Of a stretch of DNA of 64,000 bases, positions 10,299 through 20,277 are shown one piece after another. Below the pieces are notes generated by a model. The model worked only from the letters and a program-made list of their open reading frames with translations, searched no databases and had not been told where the DNA came from. A program made the position numbers and the translations under genes. Positions within the stretch are counted from its first letter, which is position 1; each line of letters opens with the position of its first letter. The stretch lies in the IMG/VR virus record IMGVR_UViG_3300010429_002123; one strand, given 5' to 3'. The DNA is from a virus (taxonomy: Duplodnaviria > Caudoviricetes).

Positions 10299-11144
10299 AT
10301 GCCAATTTCAGAGTATCATAATATAGACACAACGAAACCTCGTAAGTTTGCTAAAATAAATGACACCTCCCATAAGGTGGAAAGTATAGAAGAAGTGGTT
10401 GGAACGTCAGAACCTGCCCCACAGGAAGGCTATTCATTTGTGCAGTTATTTTCTACGGCTCCTTCTGTGGGAAGTCTCTACGTTGAAGAAACTGAAAGGT
10501 TCATATATCCGAGGGCGTACACAAAGATATTAAATTCCACTAACATAGTAGAAAGTGTATTTACTGTATCTACTTTGTCTGAGCCTGATAGTATAGAAGG
10601 TTACACGTTAAAAGAGATTTCTCTTCTTGACGCGAAAAACTTGCAGGAACATAAATACGTGTCGGAAACAAATACGTATATAGCTCCCAGGAAATATGCA
10701 AAAATAAGTAACTCTTCTTTACTGGTAACAGAGATAATAAACCATTATCTCCAAACTGAACCCGATAGTATAGAGGGGTACACACTCGTAGAGCTTGTTC
10801 CAGAGACGTGCTGGGGTGACGTGGGGTGGAGTTATGATTCTGAAAGTAACTCCTTTTCTCCACCGGATGAAAGTGCTTCTTACTTGAGCGGGGCAAAAAC
10901 TGAAAGAATAAGTACACTTGAGGGGGAGATGTTTTCTAAGATTCTAGAGAGCTACCCTATACAGAAACAACTCTTTTTGCTGAATCAGATAGATAGTGAG
11001 AGAGACACAAACCAGCTAAAAACTGAACTGATAACTTACCTTAACGCCCTCAGGGATTTAAAAGACACTTACGAGGGACAAATAAATGCTTGTGCAACCA
11101 TACAAGACCTGGGAAACCTTTCGTTTACGTGGGAAGTAACTTAA
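10299..11144 (+). CDS. Putative tail fibre assembly/chaperone-like protein with 3 internal repeats
   Basis: Three PR.YAKI...EP...EGY repeats; GWSYD...FSPP motif; C-terminal INAC.TI.DL..L.F.W resembles fibre chaperones. Confidence 0.5.
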   Translation: MPISEYHNIDTTKPRKFAKINDTSHKVESIEEVVGTSEPAPQEGYSFVQLFSTAPSVGSLYVEETERFIYPRAYTKILNSTNIVESVFTVSTLSEPDSIEGYTLKEISLLDAKNLQEHKYVSETNTYIAPRKYAKISNSSLLVTEIINHYLQTEPDSIEGYTLVELVPETCWGDVGWSYDSESNSFSPPDESASYLSGAKTERISTLEGEMFSKILESYPIQKQLFLLNQIDSERDTNQLKTELITYLNALRDLKDTYEGQINACATIQDLGNLSFTWEVT

Positions 11145-11384
11145 GAGCCTGGGGGGTAATTGCCGTGGGGTTAACAATAAAGAACAAACTGTGGAAACAG
11201 CTTATCTTACAGCTTCTGACCAAGTTTAAGACAGCTCTGCTCTTTATAACCAAAAAGATAAAAAGAAAGTATATAACCCACATAAAAAGGACAAAAAGCG
11301 GGCTTTTTATAGTTACGGCTTTTTCTGAAAACTGACCTAACAAACGGGCAAATCCCGTTATTAAAATAAAGGAGGAAATTTTAT

Positions 11385-11882
11385 ATGACAGGTAGTACTT
11401 ATACCAACATTTCAACTATTTCTCAGGTTGTTTCAAACTTACAGGGGTCTTATGAGACCGTTAATCCTGGAGGTACCATAGACACTTTTGATTCTCCTAT
11501 GATGGGTTATCTTGTCACAGAAAAAAGGTTTTCAAAAGGTGGTTCTGTTACAGTACCTTTTGACCCGGAAACTGCCCCTGGTGATTTCGAAGTAACAGGT
11601 GCTTTAAAAGTTGATGGCAGTCTCGGTCTTTTCGGGCACGCCCCGGCAAGTAAACCCTCGGCTTACACACAGACCTACTCAACTTCCGTGAAAACTCTCG
11701 GAGCTTATACCCCCGACACGGAAAGTGGTGCCTATACAGCCCAGACAACTGAGAGTATAGCAAAATTAGATGACTTGAATGCCTTAAGAGTTGCTTACGA
11801 AAACCTGAGGGCATTTGTAGAGAACATCGCTAAAGTAGAAAACGCCGTCATCGACGACATGCAGTCTATAGGCATGTTCTAA
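11385..11882 (+). CDS. Hypothetical virion protein
   Basis: AGGAGG RBS; LGLFGHAPA motif and a C-terminal helix (IDDMQSIGMF) like fibre/decoration proteins. Confidence 0.45.
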   Translation: MTGSTYTNISTISQVVSNLQGSYETVNPGGTIDTFDSPMMGYLVTEKRFSKGGSVTVPFDPETAPGDFEVTGALKVDGSLGLFGHAPASKPSAYTQTYSTSVKTLGAYTPDTESGAYTAQTTESIAKLDDLNALRVAYENLRAFVENIAKVENAVIDDMQSIGMF

Positions 11883-11890
11883 GCCCATAC

Positions 11891-11918
11891 AGGATAAAGA
11901 CTCACGGGTCTTTATCCT
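11891..11918 (+). terminator. Rho-independent terminator
   Basis: AGGATAAAGAC...GTCTTTATCCT stem followed by T-rich tract. Confidence 0.55.
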
Positions 11919-11943
11919 TTGCTTTTATCTTTAAGGAAGGTGA

Positions 11944-12147
11944 TTGTATTTGCTACCTTATGTGCTGTATCCAGGGGTTGTTCTCGACTACTCCGAGGCT
12001 ATAATAGGACTGTTTTTAGTAGAATACGACACGGGAAAAAAGATAGAAAAAGACTGGTTACCCTGCAGAGACTTTATCCCGAAAAAACAGGAGCGGGTAA
12101 CAGTCAGGGATGGAAAGGAAAAATATATATGCCGGAGCATATCTTAA
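11944..12147 (+). CDS. Hypothetical protein
   Basis: 67-aa ORF with GGAAGGTG upstream of a TTG start. Confidence 0.35.
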   Translation: MYLLPYVLYPGVVLDYSEAIIGLFLVEYDTGKKIEKDWLPCRDFIPKKQERVTVRDGKEKYICRSIS

Positions 12148-12545
12148 GAAAAGGGGCTTTTTGGGACTTCGCCTCGAAAATTATACCGGGTTTAGACCAC
12201 TGTGCTACCACTCTCTTCTCTGTTATTTTTATGCCAAAGTGGTATTTTGTAAACCCCGAAGGGTTTAGAGAGACGGCCTTACTCCTGCACGAAAAAGAGC
12301 ACGTTGCTCAATGGAAAAAATACGGACTGGGCTTTACGTTTTCCTACTTATTTAACAAAGAGAAGCGAAAAGAGTATGAGCTCACAGCTTACAGAGTCCA
12401 GATAAAGTATCTGATGGAGCACGGGGTATACATAGACAAAGAGGGGTGGGCTAAAACCATATCCTCTCTCTATTCTGTATTAAACTTTATCACCTACGAC
12501 GAAGCCTACACTTTTCTGGATTTATTGGAAAAAATCAGGACTTGA
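12129..12545 (+). CDS. Zincin-like metallopeptidase (HExxH)
   Basis: LLHEKEHVAQW ... YELTAY motif; start placed at ATG 12129. Confidence 0.6.
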   Translation: MPEHILRKGAFWDFASKIIPGLDHCATTLFSVIFMPKWYFVNPEGFRETALLLHEKEHVAQWKKYGLGFTFSYLFNKEKRKEYELTAYRVQIKYLMEHGVYIDKEGWAKTISSLYSVLNFITYDEAYTFLDLLEKIRT

Positions 12546-12569
12546 CCCTTAAAAAGTATGTGTTATAAT
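12542..12569 (+). promoter_or_regulatory. sigma70/A-type promoter
   Basis: TTGACC-16-TATAAT with extended TG. Confidence 0.5.
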
Positions 12570-12626
12570 TATAAAATAGTATGCGACAAAAAGAATTTTA
12601 ATCTAATTTTAAAGGAGAAATTGTTT

Positions 12627-12893
12627 ATGCTTGGACCAGCTAAAGAAAGAGAATTTATTGTCAAGGAGGCTACCTTACTGAAAATCCTCAACCTTGCACA
12701 GAGTCTTAATGGTATCTGTACAGTGTTGATGCAGGAGATAAACGGCACAGTTTTTGAGCCTCTGCAGGAGAGGTTAAACTCAGCCACTCAAAATCTTCAG
12801 GCAGCCGTTACTGCCACCGCAAAAGAACTGCAGGAGGCCAAAGACGTAAGCCAGGTAGTAGCTCAAATCTCAGAAAAAAGAGTTAAAAAATAA
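12627..12893 (+). CDS. Hypothetical coiled-coil protein
   Basis: AAGGAG RBS before ATG 12627. Confidence 0.5.
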   Translation: MLGPAKEREFIVKEATLLKILNLAQSLNGICTVLMQEINGTVFEPLQERLNSATQNLQAAVTATAKELQEAKDVSQVVAQISEKRVKK

Positions 12894-12913
12894 GGATAAA
12901 AGGAGATAAAACA

Positions 12914-13384
12914 ATGAATTTTTTAGAGATAGCAAAGACCGTAGAGAACATAAGAAAAGGTATTTCCGCCGTGCATAAAAAAGCACAAAATATAGCCGTT
13001 ACTCTAGACCAGATAGACGATGTCATTTTTTCTGTCCTTGACGTTGTTTCCCCCGCTCTCCCAAAAACATGGCAAATAGCTATACAGGCCATAAAACAGT
13101 TTGAACAGATGGGAATCAAGTATTTAATTCCCGACATAGTCAAAGCCGAAGAAACTCCCGGAGTAACTGGGGAAGAAAAATTGGCAATTGCCGTACAGGG
13201 AATCACACAGGTTCCTATAGAAACAGTTAAAGAAGTTCTTGTCACTGTAGCAAAACCAGAGGTTCCCGCGTCTCTTCCCGCAAAAACCGAGGAAGAAAAG
13301 AGCACGGTGGACAAAATAGTAGAAACCTCAGAGAAAGTAACGTCGGTTGTCAAATTCATAAATGGTTTTATAAAGGGTTTTTAA
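12914..13384 (+). CDS. Hypothetical protein, possibly holin-like (LL-H type)
   Basis: Sits upstream of the endolysin; AIKQFEQ...TGEEKLAIAV resembles the LL-H holin motif; no strong transmembrane helix. Confidence 0.35.
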   Translation: MNFLEIAKTVENIRKGISAVHKKAQNIAVTLDQIDDVIFSVLDVVSPALPKTWQIAIQAIKQFEQMGIKYLIPDIVKAEETPGVTGEEKLAIAVQGITQVPIETVKEVLVTVAKPEVPASLPAKTEEEKSTVDKIVETSEKVTSVVKFINGFIKGF

Positions 13385-13411
13385 CACTGAGTTAGCTAAG
13401 TTGAGGAGAAA

Positions 13412-13437
13412 TAAAAAGCGGGGTTTCCCGCTTTTTA
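13412..13437 (+). terminator. Rho-independent terminator
   Basis: TAAAAAGCGGG-GTTT-CCCGCTTTTTA. Confidence 0.75.
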
Positions 13438-13547
13438 CTTTTCTACGACTTTCTTAAAGAAGAGGAGTTAACGCCTTTTACTATAAGCTCTTATATGGTA
13501 TAATTAGAACATCTATGAATGAGACTTGACAAGAAAGGGGATACGTT

Positions 13548-14465
13548 ATGGCGATAAAAGGAATAGTTTTCCACTGGTCTGCAGGTAAATATGACCAGGT
13601 TTTTGAAGACTACCATTACTGTATCACGTATAATCCGACAACAAAAAAAGCTAAGATAGTTCAGATGTGCGAGAGTGACGACGAGATAAAAGCCCATACG
13701 TGGCACAGAAACAAGGGAAGAATAGGAATAAGCCTGAGTTGTGCTTACAACGCCACTACGGGTAATCTCGGTCAATACCCGCCCACAGACGCTCAAATAG
13801 AAATGGCCTGTGCTCTGGCCGGGAGACTCATCAAAAAACACGGAATAAAACCTGAAGACGACGAAGTAAACACCCATGCTGACTGGGCTGATTATGATAA
13901 TTACGGTCCTACCAGAAATGAAAACGGGTGTGAAAGATGGGATTTGTGGGTTCCGAACTGGAAAAACTATAAGAAAAATCTCGGGGACGTAATGAAAGAC
14001 AAAAGCTGGTGGTATGCCCAGCACGGAGAAGCCAAAGCGGAGGAAGAGGTAGAAAAACCCGCTAAGACTGACCCGAAGTTTAAAGACCTCGTAGCAAAAT
14101 ACGCAAAAGAATTTGATTTAAGGGAAGACTTTATTCATTCTATAATTTTACAGGAGTCTTCCTATAACCCAAAGGCTGTCAGTTCTTCTAACGCAAAAGG
14201 TCTCATGCAACTTCTTCCCGCCACATTTGCAGACTGTTTGAAAGCTTTAGGGTTACCCCCAACGTCAGACCCTTTCTCACCGGAGATAAACATACGCTGT
14301 GGGTGTTATTATTTTTCCTGGCTGTGGAAGAACTTGAAAAACACAAAAAGCACTCTCTGGCTTTTGTCTAAAGCTTATAATGATGGTCCCGGAACTGTGA
14401 GGGGTTTTGACCCCACAGACTTAAAGTCTGAGTATGCAGACAAGGTTTTATCAAGAATAAAGTAG
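13548..14465 (+). CDS. Endolysin: N-acetylmuramoyl-L-alanine amidase + SLT lytic transglycosylase
   Basis: N-terminal FHWSAG..YHY..AHT...NTH Zn-amidase pattern; C-terminal QESSYNP.AVS..AKGLMQL...AYN.G SLT motifs. Confidence 0.85.
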   Translation: MAIKGIVFHWSAGKYDQVFEDYHYCITYNPTTKKAKIVQMCESDDEIKAHTWHRNKGRIGISLSCAYNATTGNLGQYPPTDAQIEMACALAGRLIKKHGIKPEDDEVNTHADWADYDNYGPTRNENGCERWDLWVPNWKNYKKNLGDVMKDKSWWYAQHGEAKAEEEVEKPAKTDPKFKDLVAKYAKEFDLREDFIHSIILQESSYNPKAVSSSNAKGLMQLLPATFADCLKALGLPPTSDPFSPEINIRCGCYYFSWLWKNLKNTKSTLWLLSKAYNDGPGTVRGFDPTDLKSEYADKVLSRIK

Positions 14466-14474
14466 GTGCACTGT

Positions 14475-15278
14475 ATGATAACAAGAGGACTTTCCTTACC
14501 CGGAAGTAAACAAAAATCTTCAGGAAAAGGTCTTTATAACTGGGGGTCTATCCCGGAAGAAAAAGACCCTGAAGAGAAAAATGAGGAGACCACAACGGCT
14601 TCAGTAGGCACAGGGGTTCCTATGAACATTTTTAGTTCTACAAAAGAGCCGAAACCTAAAAAAAGAAAAGACAATTTTCCTGTTGAATACGGAAATGAAG
14701 AAAGAGAGTTGGTAGTCTATACAGGGCTGACTGACCTCTTTCCAAACGAAAAAAAGCCGAGAAAGTCACGGGGGAGCGAATTTACAGAAACTATCAGACA
14801 GCTTGAAGAAGAGTGTCTTGTTTTAGAAGACATGTGTGGGATACTCGAGGGTGGTCCCGGTAGTGGCCAGTATGAAAGACATTCTAACGGGATTCCGAAG
14901 AAAAAGACAGATTTAAGGCAAAACATCTTAAAGTCTGTGGAAGATGCAAACAGGTATTATAAACACGGAATACCGTCCGCCATAGGGGACTTCAAAGAGG
15001 CCAGTGCCAGCCTGAAAGCCTATCTGAAACACGTTGCGGGAGAGAACTCTTCTGAAATAAAATTTCCCCACGCCGAAAATTACAAAAAAGAACGTAGCAG
15101 ACTTCATAAAATTGCGACGTTTTCGAAGGGTTCGTTAGACCATTATAAAAAAATAGTGGACGAACTTACTCCGAAACTTCAGGCGGAGGAGGAGAATGAA
15201 AAAAGGCAGAAAAACAAAAATCCTTTCCTGGCAAAAATAATAGCTATGGATAAAGCAAAAAGAGGGGGGATAAAGTAA
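14475..15278 (+). CDS. EGGPGSG-motif protein (putative head-internal)
   Basis: IRQLEEECLVLE...LEGGPGSG motif. Confidence 0.55.
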   Translation: MITRGLSLPGSKQKSSGKGLYNWGSIPEEKDPEEKNEETTTASVGTGVPMNIFSSTKEPKPKKRKDNFPVEYGNEERELVVYTGLTDLFPNEKKPRKSRGSEFTETIRQLEEECLVLEDMCGILEGGPGSGQYERHSNGIPKKKTDLRQNILKSVEDANRYYKHGIPSAIGDFKEASASLKAYLKHVAGENSSEIKFPHAENYKKERSRLHKIATFSKGSLDHYKKIVDELTPKLQAEEENEKRQKNKNPFLAKIIAMDKAKRGGIK

Positions 15279-15283
15279 CAAGT

Positions 15284-15706
15284 ATGAAAGAGCTAGAACA
15301 GTTACAAGAAGAGTGTGAAATTCTAGAGTTACAATGTGGGTATCTCTTAGACGTATTAGCAGAAGGGGGTCCGGGAAGTGGTAGAAAACCTTCTTCAAGT
15401 ACTCATACGTCTCTGGAAGACTACTTGACAAAACATGCCACGGAAAACTTAACAAAAGGGTTGACTCTCGCTAAAAATCCCCGTAAGGAGGCCGAGGCCA
15501 AAAACACCCTTAGTTCAGCTTTAGGGCACGCTACAGCTTTATATAAATTAAAACTCGAACCGGACAGTGAGAGGAAAATCTTACGTTTCGAGACCTTCTG
15601 GGGGGACGCGGATAGTCATGGGGAAAAAATAAAAGCAAAAAACCCGTCTTTGGAGAAGTTACGGGGGCGGGCAATTAAAGCCCTGGAAGTCTTTCGAGAC
15701 CTTTAG
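15284..15706 (+). CDS. EGGPGSG-motif protein
   Basis: QLQEECEILE...LAEGGPGSGR. Confidence 0.55.
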   Translation: MKELEQLQEECEILELQCGYLLDVLAEGGPGSGRKPSSSTHTSLEDYLTKHATENLTKGLTLAKNPRKEAEAKNTLSSALGHATALYKLKLEPDSERKILRFETFWGDADSHGEKIKAKNPSLEKLRGRAIKALEVFRDL

Positions 15707-15729
15707 ACAAATAAGAAAGGAGGCAAGAA

Positions 15730-16242
15730 ATGAAAAACCTCAGGGAAGTGAACACCATTTTAGAACAGGATTGTGAAATTCTCGAAAAAGAGATAGTAAA
15801 GGTGATGACCCTCGTGTGTGAAGGAGGTCCAGGCTCTGGGAGAAGACCTTCCGGCCTAGCTCGAAGAACTATTGTTGGAAGAAAAGCAACCACACCAGAC
15901 AGAACCCCCGATGAAACCCTGAACTTATTAAAAGATGGTCATACAGCGAATATAAAAGGTTTTACCAGAGAGCCGAGGTACTCAGAAAAAGACGGTAAGA
16001 AAAGATTTTTTATACCTCAGTACCCTGATACTCTGATGAAAGTAGGAACTGACGCAGGATTTATAACAAAAGACCCCTCGGACACTAAGAAAGGGACAAG
16101 TCGAGGAGGAAGGTATAAGGGCTGGTCTTACTGGGCTCAGCACAAAGATACTTACACAGACATGGACAAAGATGCTGTGGATAAAAAAGTGTTTCTGCTC
16201 AAAAAAGCAATTGACACTGTAACATCGAAAGGAGCAAAATAA
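15730..16242 (+). CDS. EGGPGSG-motif protein
   Basis: LEQDCEILE...VCEGGPGSGR; AGGAGG RBS. Confidence 0.55.
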   Translation: MKNLREVNTILEQDCEILEKEIVKVMTLVCEGGPGSGRRPSGLARRTIVGRKATTPDRTPDETLNLLKDGHTANIKGFTREPRYSEKDGKKRFFIPQYPDTLMKVGTDAGFITKDPSDTKKGTSRGGRYKGWSYWAQHKDTYTDMDKDAVDKKVFLLKKAIDTVTSKGAK

Positions 16243-17222
16243 TGTTAGCAATGAGGCAGTTAGAAGAAGAGTGCGGGGTTCTCGAAGCCCAGGTAGAAAT
16301 CCTTACCAAACAGTTAGAAGAGGGAGGACCAGGTTCTGGAAGGAAATCTTCTGGAGAAAACGCTTTCACAGGAATACAAAAAAAGTATGGCCTTGACGCC
16401 GATTCTATAAAAAAGGCTCAGGCTTGGAAAAAAGAAAAGAATTCTTCCGAGTCAGACGGCTTGAAACTGATAGCGAAAAGTGCTGCAAAATCAATTCTCG
16501 GACAGGCGAAAGAAAACCAGAAAGAAAAAATCAAACAGCTAAGAGCAGAATTCACCAGAAAAGCTAAAGAGATGCGTAATAAAGCGAAAGAAGAAAGTAT
16601 AGAGGCTCAAATCGAAGAGTTAAAAGAATATATAAGTTATCTTAACTCCGAACTCGCTGAGGGGGGTCCGGGCTCAGGCCGGAGACCTGGGGGAGGCTCA
16701 TCGGGCAAAAGTTCAGGAGGTTCAAAACACGGTTATGGTTGGGACACGGGTTACACCCCCTATGAAAGAAATCCGGTGGGGATAGAAAAACCTAAGTATG
16801 GTTACCATAACCAGGAAAGAAGCCTGCCTAACATGGTTGCCAGACTGTCGAGTTCTCATGGAGAAAAAGTCAATGACATAGATTCCCTTGTGAACCTTGA
16901 CATGAAAAGTCTGAAAAGAGACATTTCTCAGGGCGGGTTCGCTGCGGAAGACAAGGGGAGAGGCCACGGAGAGCACGAAGCAAGGAAAAAGTATTCAAAT
17001 GACCTGAAAAACCTCGTTAGAACCTATGAACAGGACGGGAACAAAGCTGACTTTGTGTCCAGCCTGGAAAGGCTCTCGAAAGAGTATACAAGCACAAAAT
17101 CCCCGCAGTCAAAAGGAACAAGTGCTATGGCCGACTATAAAAACGCTAAAAACAGCACATACGACCAGAGCCTTGCCCAGCACGGGAAAGAAATAGGGTT
17201 ACTTTTAAAGAATTTTAAATAA
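16242..17222 (+). CDS. Double EGGPGSG-motif protein
   Basis: Two coiled-coil+EGGPGSGR units; C-terminal domain paralogous to 20278. Confidence 0.55.
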   Translation: MLAMRQLEEECGVLEAQVEILTKQLEEGGPGSGRKSSGENAFTGIQKKYGLDADSIKKAQAWKKEKNSSESDGLKLIAKSAAKSILGQAKENQKEKIKQLRAEFTRKAKEMRNKAKEESIEAQIEELKEYISYLNSELAEGGPGSGRRPGGGSSGKSSGGSKHGYGWDTGYTPYERNPVGIEKPKYGYHNQERSLPNMVARLSSSHGEKVNDIDSLVNLDMKSLKRDISQGGFAAEDKGRGHGEHEARKKYSNDLKNLVRTYEQDGNKADFVSSLERLSKEYTSTKSPQSKGTSAMADYKNAKNSTYDQSLAQHGKEIGLLLKNFK

Positions 17223-17251
17223 ACTCAAATAATGAGAACAAAGGAGGACGT

Positions 17252-17821
17252 ATGAACAACATACAGAACATTCAAGAAGAAATAGTAGAGATAAATAAAG
17301 AACTTGCCCAACTGGCCGAAGAAATTGGTGTTGCCGTTGAGCAGAGGAGACAGGAATCTATAGAGAGCCTTGAAGAAGAAGTTGTGGTCTTAGAAGACCT
17401 TATAAAAACCCTTGAAGAAGGTGGTCCCGGTTCCGGTAGAAGACCTGGGGGTGGGATAAGAAGGAGAGTAGACTCTGCAACAGCAAAAAATCAGGACTGG
17501 AAAGATAGAATAAAAGACCATGCGATAGACTATGCAAAAAGAGCGTTGGACATGCATTCTACTTCGAACAGCTCAAAAGAAAATAACAGAATTAAACTGG
17601 CAAATGCCTTAGCCAACTTTAGTGCTTTTGACGACGAGATAAAACCCAAGAGCACTCTCAAAAACAAGCATTATGACGCCTATAACGTCCATGCCTCTCA
17701 TCTGGGAGACGCTTTTAAACGGGGAAGTGACTCTAATGACTCTCTGGCAAAAAGCCTAAAAGGCAGACTTGACAAAGAAACCCCAAAAAAAGTTGATTAT
17801 CACGACTTTAATAAATACTAA
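17252..17821 (+). CDS. EGGPGSG-motif protein
   Basis: Acidic coiled coil, then LEEGGPGSGRRPG, then a basic domain. Confidence 0.55.
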   Translation: MNNIQNIQEEIVEINKELAQLAEEIGVAVEQRRQESIESLEEEVVVLEDLIKTLEEGGPGSGRRPGGGIRRRVDSATAKNQDWKDRIKDHAIDYAKRALDMHSTSNSSKENNRIKLANALANFSAFDDEIKPKSTLKNKHYDAYNVHASHLGDAFKRGSDSNDSLAKSLKGRLDKETPKKVDYHDFNKY

Positions 17822-17837
17822 GAAGGGAGAATGAAAA

Positions 17838-18770
17838 ATGTTTGGTTTAGACGACAAACTTTCAGAACTCATTTTAGAACAGGTAGTCTCTGATGTAATC
17901 TTAAAACCCGCAAAGAACTTAAAGAAAAAGGAAGTTCAGCCAGATTCAGAGAAACCGACGGACAAAAAACCCTTAGAAAAGACAAAACTCATAGATAAAA
18001 AATGCGTTGAGGCAAGCATTGTTTCTACTATCGAAGAAGTGCTGAGGGAAGAGGGGATAAACCCCACAAAAACTCTTACCTCGTTCATCCTCACCAGACT
18101 TAAAGAGGAAACTGCTCCCGCTAAATTTATGCGAAAAAGAGCCAAGTCAGCTCTCGAACAGGAGGTAACAAAAACTCTCCCTAAAGATGATACGGTTCAG
18201 AAAATAAGTATAAAACCCGTTCCTTCCGGGAAAGTGCGTGCTCCAGGAGGAGTAAACCAGTATGTGCCCAGAGATACAGAAATGCCTTCTGTTACTGTAG
18301 CTATAATCACGGGAGAGAAACTTGGTAAGAAAAAGATGATTGATAAAAAAGTTGAAGAAAGCCTGAAGCCTTCCCATTTCTCCGGGCAAGCCGGAGTAAG
18401 AAACCCCGGGGCTCTGGCTGCGTATCTCGGAAGAAAAAAGATGGAACGAGAACACGGCACAGAAGAGGGGGCAAAAAAGTTTAAAGAAAAGGTAATGTTT
18501 GGCCAGAAAAGAAGTAAACACGAACAGGACTTCTCTGATAAGCTAGAAGCCGGTGAGCACATAACAACCCCTCCCGGTTTTATTCCCCCGGACAAACGAA
18601 CTCTCTGGATGGACACATGGAACACTGTTTACGACAGACAACTCTCCAAAGGAAAATCAGCCCAGCAGGCAGAAATCGTGGCTTACTCTGTGGCCACTAA
18701 AATGGTTCAGGACAGTCTCCCCGGAAAAGCCTTTAAGGAGGACAGAGAGTGTCTTACCAGAGTAGCTTAA
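17838..18770 (+). CDS. Hypothetical head-associated protein with C-terminal ChaB-like domain
   Basis: WMDTWNTVYD...AEIVAYSVATKMV resembles ChaB helices; also RNPGALAAYLGRKK. Confidence 0.45.
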   Translation: MFGLDDKLSELILEQVVSDVILKPAKNLKKKEVQPDSEKPTDKKPLEKTKLIDKKCVEASIVSTIEEVLREEGINPTKTLTSFILTRLKEETAPAKFMRKRAKSALEQEVTKTLPKDDTVQKISIKPVPSGKVRAPGGVNQYVPRDTEMPSVTVAIITGEKLGKKKMIDKKVEESLKPSHFSGQAGVRNPGALAAYLGRKKMEREHGTEEGAKKFKEKVMFGQKRSKHEQDFSDKLEAGEHITTPPGFIPPDKRTLWMDTWNTVYDRQLSKGKSAQQAEIVAYSVATKMVQDSLPGKAFKEDRECLTRVA

Positions 18771-20224
18771 AACTTCTTCTTTCAAAGAAAAAGTATAATA
18801 ACTTAAAAGAAAGTGGTTCTCCCGGTATGCAGTGGGGCTTTACAAAAGGCCAGCCGAACGGCGGGAGAACCGCTAAAAAGCCGGAACCTGAAGAGTATAA
18901 AAGTAACGTCATAGACAGCGTGCCTTTAGAGTATAAGGCCGTTATGGACGACCTAGTGAAAGCGGGGCATAAATCTTATTTTGTAGGGGGAGCGGTTCGG
19001 GATACCATTTTAGGAAAACCTCCAAAAGACTGGGACATCACAACAAGTGCTCCCGTTGAAGAAAGTGTTAAAGTCCTTGAGAACCTCGGAACCGTCTTAG
19101 GAATTGGCCAGCAGTACGGAATAGCTATAGGGACAATAAACGGAAAACAAATAGAGGTGGCCTCGTTTAGAAAAGACCTGGGTTACTCAGACAAAAGAAG
19201 ACCGGACGAAGTGATAACCCGGGGGGTCTCCGAAGAAGAAGACGTCCAAAGAAGAGACTTCACCATGAATGGTCTCCTTATGGACTTAAGGGGGAATATA
19301 AAAGACTATGTCGGAGGTATAGACGACCTGAGTAAGAAAATTATTCGCTTCATAGGAGACCCTGATGCCAGAGTAGCTGAGGATAGTATAAGAATGCTCC
19401 GAGCAGTAAGGTTTGCAACACGTTTTGACTTTAATATAGACGAAGACTCCCTGGAAGCCATAAGAAGAAACAGGCAGGACATCTATAATACCTCCTACGA
19501 GCGTATCAGAGACGAACTGGACAAATCTTTCGGTAAAAACCCTCAAAAGGCTGTGGAACTCTTACAGCAGACCGGCTTAGACAAAACTCTCTTCGGAGAA
19601 CTAAACCCTAAAGATTTCCCGAAAACTGTAGAGTCAACTGCCATAGTCTGGGGGAGTTTACTTTCAGATAAAGGGCTGGAGACTTACAAACTTCCTGTGG
19701 GCGTAAAAAAGACTGTCAGCACTATTAAAAAGCTGGGGGAGGACTACGAGAACGTCTCCGATGACCCTATAGAGCGGAAAAAATTAAAAATAGCCATAGA
19801 GAAAGTGTTACCCGTAGAAGAATTTGATAAGTTTTTAAAAATGGCTGGTAAAGAGCAGAAATTTAATTTAAAATCTATAAAAGTCCCTGAGGATACTACT
19901 CCTCTGGTTCAAGGAAAAGACCTTATGAATCTGGGAAAGAAACCCGGAAAGAACTTTTCTGACCTATTAAACAAAGGGTATAGTATGCAACTTCAGGGAA
20001 AAAGTAAAGAAGAAATTTTGAACATACTAAGGAATGAAGGTGTGGGTTACTCTACACTTCTAAAAATAGAAAACCTGTTAGATAAGCGGGAGTGGCTCAA
20101 TGAGACCTTAAAGACTGGCACACAAAGAGGTTATTCCCGGCTTTATGCAGACACCTTGATACAGGAATGTGAAATGCTTGACCTTTACGCAGGGGTAGTA
20201 ATGACTCAGTTACTGAGAAGGTAA
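18749..20224 (+). CDS. cca: CCA-adding tRNA nucleotidyltransferase (class II, CCA/poly(A) polymerase family)
   Basis: VGGAVRD..LG..PKDWD, RRDFTMN, EDSIRMLRAVRFA, ERIRDEL, GKDL..G.KPG. Confidence 0.9.
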   Translation: MSYQSSLKLLLSKKKYNNLKESGSPGMQWGFTKGQPNGGRTAKKPEPEEYKSNVIDSVPLEYKAVMDDLVKAGHKSYFVGGAVRDTILGKPPKDWDITTSAPVEESVKVLENLGTVLGIGQQYGIAIGTINGKQIEVASFRKDLGYSDKRRPDEVITRGVSEEEDVQRRDFTMNGLLMDLRGNIKDYVGGIDDLSKKIIRFIGDPDARVAEDSIRMLRAVRFATRFDFNIDEDSLEAIRRNRQDIYNTSYERIRDELDKSFGKNPQKAVELLQQTGLDKTLFGELNPKDFPKTVESTAIVWGSLLSDKGLETYKLPVGVKKTVSTIKKLGEDYENVSDDPIERKKLKIAIEKVLPVEEFDKFLKMAGKEQKFNLKSIKVPEDTTPLVQGKDLMNLGKKPGKNFSDLLNKGYSMQLQGKSKEEILNILRNEGVGYSTLLKIENLLDKREWLNETLKTGTQRGYSRLYADTLIQECEMLDLYAGVVMTQLLRR

Positions 20225-20277
20225 AGATTCGAGACGCTATGTAAGAAAATAGTAAGTACAAAAGGAGGAAAAGACGA

